From Ginkgo biloba (taxonomy: Eukaryota; Plantae; Ginkgophyta): a DNA stretch of 20,474 nt. Shown here piece by piece: positions 1 to 12,886 of this stretch (position 1 is its first letter; every line of letters starts with the position of its first letter). The notes beneath the pieces were generated by a model. It saw only the letters and a list, made by a program, of their open reading frames with translations, was not told the origin of the DNA and did no database searches. The DNA is taken from NCBI GenBank assembly GCA_024626585.2, contig JANKJI020000002.1:122595194-122615667 (forward strand), given 5' to 3'. Both the position numbers and the translations under genes were made by a program.

Positions 1-850
1 TTGTTGGTTCTAAAGTCTCATGACATAGAAAGTGTGTCCATCTCTGTTGTTAGGCCTTGGGGACTAACCACAGGCCTACACCCATGCTTACCAATGATAA
101 TAAAAATCTTGTTGCATTTGGATGTTTCTCATACAAGATTCCTCTCAATTTAAACATCCTTGGTTGTGCAAGGCAACACCTAATGGTGCAGAAGGGTAAG
201 AGTTTTAAGGAATCTTTATGACACAAGGTCGCCTTACCATAATAGGTTAACAAGGCACTGCCCCTCCTCAAAACTTTTAAGTGATCTACCACCTCCTCCT
301 TATAGTTGGATTTAAATGCTAGCCACAAGAAGCCCTTCAGAATCTACCAGCACTTACATCAATCTTCTGTTCGAAATTCACCAATACATGCATATATCGA
401 GCATGCCATTGAAATCCATCATGTCATGTATGTATCTTTCCAAAATTACTTGATGCATGCATCACAAAGGATTCACTTAGTATTAATTTCTCTTAGCATT
501 TATAGCACTTTGTGTAAATACCCTGTATATAAATTTAAATAATCTATAGAAAATCCTTTCAACCCTTTNNNNNNNNNNNNNNNNNNNNNNNNNNNTTCAA
601 TAATAGATAAATAAATTCTAAACTATAATATGCCTTCTTATTATGGATGCAATGTAAATGTTCAAATAAATAATGTCTTTTTGTGCACTTGAGAGTTTCC
701 CCACCAATTTGTGACTGAATAATGATGGAATATGCCAAGCAAGCTCATTGTAGTCCACCAATGTATGTGTATATCAATCGCAGTTATCCTTTCAAGCATG
801 TGTTCATATATCCAATATATACCCCATGATATCCTATTTCTAGAATGACT
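1..850 (-). mobile_element. Highly degenerate non-LTR retrotransposon (LINE) APE-type endonuclease remnant
   Basis: Minus-strand frames give motifs in the expected order, broken by stops and frameshifts: RISWGI (cf. RGSGGI/V), KDIIYLNIY (cf. xIYIxxxY), MMDFNG (cf. LGDFNA), LTYYGK (cf. TxYGR) and HGCRPVV (cf. HGGGSSVVDY). The matches are weak. Confidence 0.4.
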
Positions 851-1429
851 TTATGCTCTTATGCATAGCCTTTATTCCCAACATGACTTAGTTTTATAGA
901 TAGGGTTTCATTAGGATCTATTATGAGTGCCTAATATAGTTCTAGTGTTTATGAATTGGTTATTTCTACAATATAAATATGATTGTAATTTTCCCATGAA
1001 AATCAACATTCAACTCAATCTAAATTTGTAAACATAGCACAACCATATTGACAATGATCCCAACAACACTTCAACATTATAGGATCTATAAATCCTAGAA
1101 AATTATCATAATCACATACATAAATTAAAACCTTAATGATAGAATAATATCTAAAGGAAACAATAATCACTAGGTTTAAGGTTAAGAAATGATCACTAAA
1201 AGATAAACTAGACTATTCCCAATAAGTTCAAACTATTATGGGTTATAACCAAACCATTATAAAATTGATTAGCATGGGAAAAAACTCCTTAAAGCAAACC
1301 AAAGTTGATATAGAAATAATTTAGTTGTTTTAAAGTTGGTTTATTTCCATTTGGGGTTATTCTAGTCTATCAAGGGTTAAACTAACACATGTATAAAAAG
1401 TTGAAATGACACCCTTATCAAAGGTTGAA

Positions 1430-2257
1430 NNNNNNNNNNNNNNNNNNNNNNNNNNNNNNNNNNNNNNNNNNNNNNNNNNNNNNNNNNNNNNNNNNNNNNN
1501 NNNNNNNNNNNNNNNNNNNNNNNNNNNNNNNNNNNNNNNNNNNNNNNNNNNNNNNNNNNNNNNNNNNNNNNNNNNNNNNNNNNNNNNNNNNNNNNNNNNN
1601 NNNNNNNNNNNNNNNNNNNNNNNNNNNNNNNNNNNNNNNNNNNNNNNNNNNNNNNNNNNNNNNNNNNNNNNNNNNNNNNNNNNNNNNNNNNNNNNNNNNN
1701 NNNNNNNNNNNNNNNNNNNNNNNNNNNNNNNNNNNNNNNNNNNNNNNNNNNNNNNNNNNNNNNNNNNNNNNNNNNNNNNNNNNNNNNNNNNNNNNNNNNN
1801 NNNNNNNNNNNNNNNNNNNNNNNNNNNNNNNNNNNNNNNNNNNNNNNNNNNNNNNNNNNNNNNNNNNNNNNNNNNNNNNNNNNNNNNNNNNNNNNNNNNN
1901 NNNNNNNNNNNNNNNNNNNNNNNNNNNNNNNNNNNNNNNNNNNNNNNNNNNNNNNNNNNNNNNNNNNNNNNNNNNNNNNNNNNNNNNNNNNNNNNNNNNN
2001 NNNNNNNNNNNNNNNNNNNNNNNNNNNNNNNNNNNNNNNNNNNNNNNNNNNNNNNNNNNNNNNNNNNNNNNNNNNNNNNNNNNNNNNNNNNNNNNNNNNN
2101 NNNNNNNNNNNNNNNNNNNNNNNNNNNNNNNNNNNNNNNNNNNNNNNNNNNNNNNNNNNNNNNNNNNNNNNNNNNNNNNNNNNNNNNNNNNNNNNNNNNN
2201 NNNNNNNNNNNNNNNNNNNNNNNNNNNNNNNNNNNNNNNNNNNNNNNNNNNNNNNNN
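1430..2257. other. Assembly gap (828 N). Many smaller N runs occur, several exactly 100 N
   Basis: Seen directly. 100-N runs at e.g. 8915-9014, 15299-15398, 17708-17807 and 19355-19454 are typical placeholders for gaps of unknown size. Confidence 0.98.
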
Positions 2258-3984
2258 ACATCAATATCAATCTTGCAATAATGGTGGCTAATGATATATT
2301 TATTTATATATGAATAATCACAATGATTTGCCTCATGAATCATCATTGAATTCTCATTTCATGATTTTCTTCTTTAAAGAAGTTTATCTTTTCTCCTCAT
2401 TGTATTTACCCTATAGAGGGTTCATTATCGAAAAGGATGTTTGTTACACTCATTCCAGACTATTTTTACTTCATTTCAATNNNNNNNNNNNNNNNNNNNN
2501 NNNNNNNNNNNNNNNNNNNNNTATGATAAATATAGGTTTCCCATGAATTCATGAATTTTTTATATGTTCTCATGGTGTTCATCCTTAGGGTTGAATCCTA
2601 GTGGCCATGTATAGATTTTATGATTGATTCCATAATTGTTACAAGTTAGAAACAACCTCCTAATAGACTTATATTTATCTTTGTACATGATGTTTTACAT
2701 GTTTTAGTTGGATTAGGGTTTTATCCTAAGGATTTATTANNNNNNNNNNNNNNNNNNNNNATTGTGCATGTTATCCTTATGATTATGGATTTTAATAGAC
2801 TTGTATCTGAGTTGAAGGGATCCCACCCTAAATATATAAGTTGATTTATTATCAATTTATAGGCTGAGATATTTATCTTATATATGTTTCATGCCCCAAA
2901 TCCATGCCAATGCATGTTGTACTATGGATAAGTCTTATGAATCCCTATGAATTCTTTTAAATATCACACACTCACCTTTGTTATTCAACATGTGATACTT
3001 TCTTCACAACTTCATTTTGAGAGATCGAGTGTATCCTTCTTCAATATTTAAAATCCAAAACCTCCATCCATAGTCATATTCTATTGTGACCATCACAATG
3101 GTCTCCATATTCCATGTAGTTCATGCCTTCTACAAGTATTTATTATTCTTTTAGTAATTAGATAGAGTAATAATCCCAAGAATGATTTATCAAGGGAANN
3201 NNNNNNNNNNNNNNNNNNNNNNNNNNNNNNNNNTCCAAATGACATCCAATCATCCTAATAATTACCAAGGCTCAATCATGCCCAATTACTTATGTAATTA
3301 GTGTGTGATTGATCAAGTGATAACATTTTCTTGTTGTTCCATGTATACTTATGGCCAAGTGTATCCTCCTACTTTCCCTCAAATATTTGGGTTCTTAGAG
3401 GACAATTGCACTTATTCCTTGCTAAATTATGTTTCTCCCATATCCTTTATATTTTAAAATAATACTCTTAGGTGTCACTCTTCCATTACACTAATTAGGA
3501 TGGCATACTCACATCCCTACTACTTATATTGGAATTTTTTCTTTTATAATCCTCATATTTACCTTTCATGATTTCTTATTAATTAATGAATTTTGATATT
3601 GTTATAGTGGAGGATCTAAAGGCTTACCATTTCTTCAAAAAGGATGGATTATCTCTTTTTTTGAATATCTTTCCTCTTTTAAGATCAATTAAATTAAAAC
3701 CAAAAATTACATTAAGTTTGTTGTAAGTTCTAGATTTCTTACCTTCACTCATCAATATATGTTCTTTTCTCAAGGATTTAGCATATTTTTGTATCTTCAT
3801 CTATCCTTCCTAATCACCTTATTGAAAAAAAAGTGTGCCCTTCTTCACTTTTCAACCTCATTGGGAATAATAATGTTACTTTCTTTACCCTTTATTTTCC
3901 ACCATAAGTAGTGAAACTAGTCCCAATTTCAGTCCTCTTAATGTCACAAAATATATACCTTAACATAGTGTTGCATATACACAC

Positions 3985-4313
3985 AAATTAAATAAATAAT
4001 TAGCATAATGTGTTTTGATGAATATAATATAATATAGTTACAATTAAAATACATTACTTTGTAATCATATATGAATTTCTAATTCAATAACACTCCTATG
4101 CATACAACAAGAAGTTATATATACACAACATTGTATAGAAGCAATAAATTATATACATAGTATTGTGTGTGTGTGTGTGTAGGAGTAAAATTTGACAACA
4201 AAATAATTGTTATTATACATTANNNNNNNNNNNNNNNNNNNNNNNNNNNNNNNNNNNNNNNNNNNNNCATATAAATGAAATAAATAATGATCATAATGTA
4301 TTTTATTGAATAT
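3985..4313 (+). repeat. Imperfect 41-bp direct repeat (3985-4025 and 4273-4313) in AT-rich low-complexity DNA
   Basis: aaattaaataaataattagcataatgtgttttgatgaatat vs aaatgaaataaataatgatcataatgtattttattgaatat, 35/41 identical. An N gap lies between the copies. Confidence 0.6.
4164..4180 (+). repeat. (TG)8 microsatellite
   Basis: tgtgtgtgtgtgtgtgt, seen directly. Confidence 0.95.
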
Positions 4314-4439
4314 TTGGTTCATTCATGCAACCTAAATGTTTGATGATCCCCATCATAGCCTAACATACCACTATTTTATGCCTAATTGAGTTTGACAAGT
4401 TATTCATAAATTATAAAGTAGCAAAGTTATGGAGAACAA

Positions 4440-5680
4440 AAACTAATAATTGATATTCCTCAAACATGGAGTGGAGTCTCTTTGTTTTCCAACCCCCAAT
4501 ATTTTTACTGAACGCATTTGCTTGTATCTTCCTCAGTTATAGACTGTTAATATCATCCATTTATAAAATAAACGATATATCAAATCTAGGAAACTATAGG
4601 AATATTATGACAAATCACACTTTAGCCAAGCTTTATGCCATGGTTTTGGACTCAGAGCTCTTTAGATTTATTTTTATTGCATGCAATAGAGCTAGGTGGT
4701 ATATAGATTTTTTTCATGAATTACATGGATCTCATACCAACAACACTAAGTCTCACATTGATCTTCTATGTTGAACATTTTCTAATGCAATAAAAAATGC
4801 TATGATTACTCAATCATAGCATGTGGTTGCATCTACTAGTCAAATATTATATGGGATAGATCCCATTTCACTCTTATTCCTAGTTTATAATTTATATATT
4901 ATCATGCATTTTTAGTGGTATGCCATGCCATATTTTATTGTTTAAGTACATAGTGTATATAGGGAGACGCACATGATGTTATTTTGAATTTATTACAAAA
5001 AGTTTTCAAGCAACACAAGGAGCAAAAGGTTGTATCTCTTGCTCAATTATCAAATGATTCAAATTTTAATTTTATTCATTACTCCTATTATTGAAATATT
5101 CATCATCATTATGCATGTCACAATCTATATTCTAAGACACCAAGTGATATGATTATATAATAAAATAACAGGATTTCATTTGATGTTCAAATGATAACTA
5201 GAGGTGCAAAAGATAAAACCACATTAAGTTTTTTTATGAAGAATATTTGCACGAAGAAGATTGATGTTGCGAAGAATAAGGTATGAGCATAATCATTTTT
5301 AGTGGTATGTCAAGACGTATGGAAATCAATACATTGTAACATATATTTCTGAAATGCATGGTTTATGCAGATAGAGAATCAATGGATCTTCCAATTCATT
5401 GCTAGAACTTTGTAAGGATCACAAGGAGAAGGCTTAATCATATACTGTATTGAGCTTTGAAGCAACACCTTCTTATATGTTTTCTTAAGTAGAGCAATGG
5501 GTCACCTATCTTGCTAAAATGTTAGTTGAGGTACATTCCATTTTTACAGTTATATACTCTTGAAGAGTATATATTATCTTATATTCCATAATTTATATAT
5601 TTTGAACTACATGATTCACATAAAGTGTTATGGATCTCCTAATTTTTTATCTGATATTACCAAGGAGCATGAGGAGAAAN
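4440..5680 (+). mobile_element. Degenerate LINE reverse transcriptase (ORF2) remnant
   Basis: ORF 4466-4774 contains SSIYKINDISNLGNYRNIMTNHTLAKLYAMVL, matching the LINE RT N-terminal motif PIHKxGDxSDPxNYRTIMxGHTxAKLYAxVL. Downstream RT motifs are only weakly recognisable through many stops and frameshifts. No intact YADD/FADD was seen, so the right boundary is approximate. Confidence 0.75.
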
Positions 5681-6075
5681 NNNNNNNNNNNNNNNNNNNN
5701 NNNNNNNNNNNNNNNNNNNNNNNNNNNNNNNNNNNNNNNNNNNNNNNNNNNNNNNNNNNNNNNNNNNNNNNNNNNNNNNTAAGACAATAATAATTCTCTT
5801 AAATTATATCAAAATATAACCCAATATAAATAATTCATGGATGGATAGCAGTTCCCCATTAGACAGGATGGAAAACCCTCATCTTTAAAATCCCTAGAGA
5901 TAGATGGGAAGAAAAAGGGGGACAACCTCATTAGCTTAATCAAATAATATCAAACTAGCCTAAGGAGATTATGGCCACCATGCAAGCATAAAATTGAAAG
6001 AAAGTTGTTCAAGATTCACATACTCTGACTCCTTCTCTAATCATTGAGTCCCCTCTTCTGCCTCCTAAACCATTA

Positions 6076-6660
6076 ATGGATAAACCACTGCCTTCACAAT
6101 CAATCATATTCGATTTTAGGGAGCCTCTCCCTAAAACTACTCAAGGGAAATCCTATTTGATTATCAATGAACTATACTTGGTTTCCACAGGTATGTCTCT
6201 AATGAACGTCCTCAAAAGTTGTCCAAAACAAAGAGAGGCCTTTCTTAATGTGTTATCAATTTTGATTCTCGATCTTAGGCATGATATCTTTGCCTTCGAT
6301 CCTACTAAACTCCCAAGCTTGAAATAGCAAAAGGCTACTAGCGCCTCTCATTTTCTCATCCAAGTTAAAATCAATAAGTTTACCATTCAAAGATGTATCA
6401 CTAACCCAAGCTCCTCAATCAATGACATGTCAATTTTATTAAGCCTTGGAAATATTCGTCCCACCACTTAGGTCTACCAAGGATACAATAAGTCACATAA
6501 ATCCCCTCTAGGCCAAATCTTCTTTCCCATCACATTAGATGGGAAGATTGTTACAGTCGAAGTAGTAATCCTTAATCAAGAATTAGACTATAACATCCTT
6601 ATGGGGAGAAATTAGATTAATGAAATGGAGGCTTATGTTTCATCCTTATTCACAAGGTTA
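6076..6660 (+). mobile_element. Ty3/gypsy gag-end and aspartic protease pseudogene fragment
   Basis: One frame with 3 in-frame stops: MSLMNVLKSCPKQREAFL...FLIQVKINKFTIQRCITNPSSSINDMS...PLGQIFFPITLDGKIVTVEVVILNQELDYNILMGRN*INEMEAYVSSLF. This matches the gypsy pattern MSxLEVLQSCPxQRKALL...RCIIDEGAS...GKTVxVEVEVVDAPLDYNILLGRSW. The catalytic Asp is lost. Confidence 0.85.
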
Positions 6661-6902
6661 AGAAGTTCTAATACTTTTCAAATCCAATTATTTCATCCAT
6701 AACCATTCCCTGGGTAAATATTGCCTCCGATGAGGCTATCAAAAATCATATCACAACTAAGGATTTTATCTTGCTTGGTTTCATTGAGGATTCCACCCTT
6801 GATTGTGTGGATTCTTCTTCAAAGAATGTTGACCTCCTTAGATCCTCCCAATTTCATCACAATTATAATATTGTTACGATACCCTTTATGCTATTAGATG
6901 AT

Positions 6903-7105
6903 CAGTAATCTTCTAATCTCCTCTTCCCATCTAACGCAGAGGAAGTTGTTGCTCCTCCTATGGCTCTTCTCCTCCGTGATGAGGAGATTCCACCTATTGC
7001 ACCACAAAATAATCAGGACCCTCCTAATTCCACCTTTCCAACTAATATAGAGGAGGTTTTTCCTCCTCTTACAATCCCCCCCCCCCCCTCGATGAGGAGA
7101 CCATA
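6903..7105 (+). repeat. Imperfect tandem duplication, ~110-bp period, C/T-rich, downstream of the protease remnant
   Basis: tcagtaatcttctaat...ctaacgcagaggaagttgttgctcctcct...gatgaggaga (from 6903) is repeated as tcaggaccctcctaat...ctaatatagaggaggtttttcctcctct...gatgaggaga (from 7013). Confidence 0.7.
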
Positions 7106-8020
7106 GATAATGATGGACTTCTACTGACCCCTAACCCTGAACTTCGGGGACACCTTGAACAACCAACTATTCTATTAAACAAAACTAAATATATTTAGTC
7201 CGATCAACTTGAGAGTTCCATCCCTTTACATCATTTATTTTCCCAATTCCATACATCAACTTTCATCCCTTTCTCATTCTTACGATGGGGGCCTAACCTA
7301 TTTAATGATATAGCTCCTCTACCTATGAGTCTTCTAGTATATGACATACCTCTAATCATCCCTTTGATCTCTATTATAACTGATCAATAAGCAGTCATAT
7401 CCATCTTAGTTCCTCTAACAAGGATTCTCGTCCTTCTAAATCCTATGTTATCCACATTGTCCACATGATTTAGACTTATCTTATTCTTGATAATAAATTA
7501 TTACATCCTCCTTACTCATCCATGTTGTATGGCTTACCATCCACCCTAATCATTTGAGGAAGGGAATCTCATGGAGATTGAACCAATCATAGATGACAAT
7601 TAAAAAATTTCCTCTACTCCTATGGTAGTTAAGTTTTGGATTACTACCTAAACTTATAAAATCATTCAATTTTATGACCTTATGAAATCATCCTACAAAT
7701 GGTTAGATCACCTAAATAATCTCCCTATTATTTTTTAGAACATGGAAGACTTACATCTTCCTTATAAGAAGAATAAATTAGCATATTCTCCCCTTGGTGG
7801 GCATACCTCATCTCTAAGAATAATTTGAATGGGTCAAAATCAACTAAATATCTCCCTAGACATACATTTAATATCTATAACTTGTTTCAACAATCAAGGT
7901 ATGATCACACCTTTGTTACATGCCATCATACCCTTTTTTGCCAATAATAAGTGGAAAACAAATGGTGCTTGTGCCTGATGGAACTAACTTTTTTGTAGCA
8001 TGTAATGACATGCAATATTT

Positions 8021-8494
8021 CACTAGTGCCGAAAATGTGCACTATAGTGACATACTCTATTATTAAAAATTACAAATAGAATACCTTAGTGATATATACA
8101 TGTGTTGCTAAGAGTCGATACATNNNNNNNNNNNNNNNNNNNNNNNNNNNNNNNNNNNNNNNNNNNNNNNNNNNNNNNNNNNNNNNNNNNNNNNNNNNNN
8201 NGTTACAAAGAGTAACACTACGTGTTTGCAAAATAAATTATCACATGGATCCATGTGGCAAATTATAACATAGGACCATGTGGCATGATATAAGTAGTTA
8301 TCACATGGAAACATGACAACTTGGATGATTATTGAGTTAGTCTATATGGTAAATTATAATTTTCCATGTGTCTCCATTACAACACATGTGATGCCACGTT
8401 GAGAATGTATGTCTCANNNNNNNNNNNNNNGCACATATTATGATGCAAAGTGGCACCTAATGTGCCACAGGGAAGAATATTTTCTTACTACTTG
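8021..8494. mobile_element. Putative non-autonomous CACTA (En/Spm) relic
   Basis: Begins CACTAGTGCCGAAAAT at 8021, with a degenerate opposite end ATTTTCTTACTACTTG at 8479-8494. The near-palindromic subterminal motif ttagtgatatatacatgtgttgctaa (8085-8110) looks like CpG-decayed TTAGCGAC...GTCGCTAA. There is a 25-bp tandem repeat aattatcacatggatccatgtggca / aattataacataggaccatgtggca (~8236-8285). No 3-bp TSD was found. Confidence 0.5.
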
Positions 8495-10330
8495 TACTTT
8501 TAATAGAAAGCAAATTTTGTGGATTTTTTCCATACATAGATATACATTTTGATGTATTACAACATATTTTTTTCCTCTCTATGGTACTTCTTACAACAAT
8601 ATACTTATAACACATTTATAGCATGTGGATATGACACTTCTTTTGATTTTTGCAAGTGTGATTTTACATAGCAAATGCATTGCCAATGTGCCATGTCTTA
8701 TGCATGAATATAGTAATGATTATATAAGACCTATGGAATCAACACATAAGAAATTAGTATACATGGTAGTACTTTAAGGAGTTATGGTCTTTGCCTAATT
8801 CTCACATAGATTTTTTTTTCTCCAAACTTATTATTACACTATCCTTCAAGATATCCAATTAAAGGCATACTTGTCAAGATAAAAATAATGGATGAATGTT
8901 TAGTACTATAGACCNNNNNNNNNNNNNNNNNNNNNNNNNNNNNNNNNNNNNNNNNNNNNNNNNNNNNNNNNNNNNNNNNNNNNNNNNNNNNNNNNNNNNN
9001 NNNNNNNNNNNNNNAATTTGACATAAAAATACATGACGTGTATATTCATCAAGTGTAGGGGTTGGGGAACCAAAATGCATTGAGGATACAAATTGTATGC
9101 ATAAAACTCTATATACACTTTATGCAATCCCATGTTAATCTAAGATGTAACAATACAATTTACTTTAACATAACTAGCTAAGGAGCATATCCTCACTTTA
9201 ATTTTTTAGTTCTTTTAGTGCATTTGTTAAAACTANNNNNNNNNNNNNNNNNNNNNNNNNNNNNNTCAAGATCTTAGGGTTTGAACAACTTATGCTTTCT
9301 TTAAAGATTTTACTCCAAAAATGTCAAATTTGGTGGGTTTTTTGCTTCTCTACATAATGAGGCCTAGTGTTAATTCTATCAAGCGAGAAGGTAAAGCAAT
9401 TCTTTCAATTAGGCTTTGGAATTTTTTCTTTTATCAAAGTTGGCAACAAAACTTATACTCATATGTAAAATTGGCATTGTGGAAAATGGCGAGGCACTTG
9501 AGTTTGGACTTCCAAGCAAGTTGTTGTTCTTTGTTTACAAATAATTATAGAGATCACTCGAGTCGTTTGAAAACAAGGAATATAATNNNNNNNNNNNNNN
9601 NNNNNNNNNNNNNNNNNNNNNNNNNNNNNNNNNNNNNNNNNNNNNNNNNNNNNNNNNNNNNNNNNNNNNNNNNNNNCATCTAAGAGGGGTTAGTAATGTT
9701 GCCAATGACCTCATTGACTCAATCAATAAACTACAAGCACCATAATGACTTGTCTGCTTGAAATAATATTTTTTCTTTGCTTTCTGACTTTTATGCCAAA
9801 GTTGGCAAGTGCAATAGCAAGTCTTTTTTTCAAGTACTTGTTGAAGCGTTGGGCCTTTTGAGTTCTCTCACTATATGCTATTTTGTCCTTCCATCAATCT
9901 CCTCCCTCTATATACATGACCCATCCCCTTCAAAAAAGTAGGTCACAAGGCCTCTTTGCAATAGTAACCCATTGACTCAAAATGCCCCCATCCCATTATG
10001 CAAATGGCATATGAGCTTTTTCCATTACCCAGACAATCCATAAGTTCAGTATGTCTTGTGGAATTTTCTGAATGGCATGCATTTTTCTGAGTGGAGTGGA
10101 AGTTGATAAGGCTTGAATATTTGTTTTGATTGTAACATACTTAAAATTACCTTGTCCAACGAAAGATTGATTACTTTTTTGCTTGTGTGTGTGGCAGATA
10201 GTTATTGAGTAGCGTAATAAAACTTGATTGAGACAACAAATAAAAAAAATCAAAATCAGATAAAACAATAAGTCTAGTGAATCCAAGAAATTGATGTGAA
10301 CATTTTTGCAAGTATTTCTACATTTTTTTC

Positions 10331-11540
10331 CAAGAGTATTGTATAAAGGATGTGCTATATCTTACCTTATTTTCAACTATTGCCAATTTGAAGGGCTTGA
10401 CCGTATTTTGTCTGACGAGATTATATACATTGGTGTTTGCTCAGTTTCTCTTTTATGTGTTATTCTGAAGGTCTGCCTCAAATTCTGCCACATTTAACAG
10501 CATGCCATTTATCAGAGCTTATCTATGGTTGTACATGATCTCATCTATAGTCTGTATGAATTTGACTATGTAGCAAACTACAATATTCATATAGCATATA
10601 TAAATAAAGTAACTCCTATCAAGAGTTCTAAGCATAGTTATTATGACTCTGAATTGCAATGTGTCACTTTTTTAAGGCGCTCATATAAATGAGTTAAATC
10701 GGAGGTCAAAGCTACAACTAGAAGCATGACTGATTTTAGTTGTTGCTTATTTGTAGTTTTCTAGAGTGCAAAAACACACATTTATGCTCAGAAAACTACT
10801 TGTCCAACTCCCAGCATTCATGTCGAAACAAATAGAGCCCATCCTCATTCAGCAGGCTTCATCACACAGCTGCATGTTGGTTGCATGTAGATCATTAGAT
10901 GCAAAACCCAACCCTCTCTAGGTATGTTTTGTTTTCTATCAATAGTACCAACCTTTTTATCAACTTGTATATAGAAATAATGGAGCAGGTTTCCTCATGT
11001 GAATAATAAGTTCCTAGTAAAATTATTTCAAGGTCAAAATGAAAAGCAAGTTGTCATAGTAGATTGACATATCTCAAGATTGATTGTGTATAAGTGGAAA
11101 CAATATCATTAGTAGATTAAGTATTGAAAATTTTGATCAGTAATTTTAAATGAATTTTGTTTAAAAATTAAAAAAAAATTGATGTTTCATTTACTTTGTA
11201 ATTGTATGGTACTCTAATAAGCATTATATTTTTATGAAACACCTTTTGAACCAGTCAAAACCACACCAAAGAGCACTGATGGACCCCTCTTTGCATCTTA
11301 ACTTTGTCCCATTAATGTTTTCAACAAGAAGTCTGTAAAACATTTCACCAACAAGGGTAACTGTGGTTTGAAGAATGCTATTCAAGTGAAACTATGAAAC
11401 TATGTAATTGACACAGAGGTCAAGTCTAAAGAAAAGAATTCATTTGCTTGTGCAAAAATAATATTTTAGTTTACCTAATCATATCAATGAGCAATTATAT
11501 TTCTTTATAAAACTCTCTTAGAAAAGTCCAAAGTATAGTT
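10331..11540 (+). repeat. 2.2-kb repeat unit, copy A (partial, forward)
   Basis: Reverse complement of ~11819-13055. For example, 10431-10539 matches rc(12847-12955) at 100/109 positions by manual comparison. Confidence 0.93.
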
Positions 11541-12886
11541 CTTTTGAATAGTATATAGTATTGGTATGATCTCACTTCTGTTCATGCCATTTGGCAGGCA
11601 GTCTACACATCATTATCAGTCAGTATAGCATCGATCTACATTGTATAACAGTGAATTTACGTTTTATAACAGTCATTTTATTGCCGTCAATCCGTGCCAC
11701 ATTATACCGGTCCAAAATGTTCTTGTCAAAACCATGGTTGGCACATAAACCTGGCTAACACTGCTTACACTGATCGGTTTAAAAATTAAATTATGAATGT
11801 AGGTGGGTGCAATATGCTAAGTATACTTGGTCTTTTAGGAAACAGTTTTACAAAGAAACAGAATTGCTCACTAATATAATTAGAAAGTAAATAAAAATAT
11901 TATTTTTGCAGAAACAAATGAATCATTTTCTTGAGACTTGGCCTTCAAGTCGGTTGCATAGTTTCACTTGAATAGCATGCTTCAATCCACAGTTACCCAA
12001 ATTAGTGAAATCTTTTTCAGATTCATTATTGAAAACATTGACGAGCCTGAATTAAGATCCAAAGAGGAGTCTAATAATGCTCTTTAGTTGTTTTCACTGG
12101 TTCAAATGGTGTTCCATAGAAATATAATGCTTATTACAGTTCTATACAATTACAAAGTATATTAAACATTAATTTTGTTTTGATATTTAAACATAAAATA
12201 AAAGTCAATTGTAATTGCAGATCAAAATTTATTATACTTATTTGAGAAGGATCAACAGCCATTATTGGCTTTAAACCTTAACTTTTTAAACACATCAGTC
12301 TTTAGATATGACAGTCTACTACCACAACTTGCTTTTGCTTTTGACCTTGAAATACTTTTATCACCAGAACTTGTTATTCACATATGATGAAGACTGGTCC
12401 ATCATTTTCTATGTATAAGGTGATAAATGGGTTGGTACTCTCTATAGAAAACAAAACGTACATAGAGAAGAGGGTTGGGTTTTGCGTCCAATGATCCGCA
12501 TGCAGCTGTGTGATGAAGCCTGCCGAATTTGGTAAGGATGGGCTCTTTCTTTCAATGTGTATGCTGTGAGTTGGACAAGTTGTTTCTGAAGCATAAAGCA
12601 ATGTTTTTGGGCTCTGGAAAACTACAAATTAGTAGCAGTTGAATTCAATTATGCTTCAAGTTGCAAATTTGACCTCTGTTTTAACTTATTTATACGAGGG
12701 TCTTCAAAAAAGTGGTCTTCAAAAAAGTGGCGCAATGACTTTTGGTAACCATACTTCAAAGTCTTCATAGGAGAAGCTTTATTTATGTATGTTAGATGAA
12801 GATTATAGTTTGCTTCATAGTCAAACTCACACTGAATATAGATCAAATCATGTGCAACCATAGATGAGCTCTGATAAAGGATATGC

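Noticed and set aside
1357-2346. Four ~290-330 aa ORFs, and other X-containing ORFs in the track
   Set aside because: They are open only because they run through N gaps.
2990-3400. Possible L1 endonuclease remnant on the minus strand (KYTWNNKK...LDQ)
   Set aside because: One short motif with no ordered supporting motifs, too weak to call.
9266-10000. Scattered short repeats (aaagttggcaa, cattgactcaa) suggesting a MITE
   Set aside because: No terminal inverted repeats or boundaries could be defined.
10170-10930. Splice-like signals (tgtgtgtggcag at ~10197, aggtatgt at ~10920) suggesting host exons
   Set aside because: No coherent exon reading frame, and the donor is not conserved in copies B and C.
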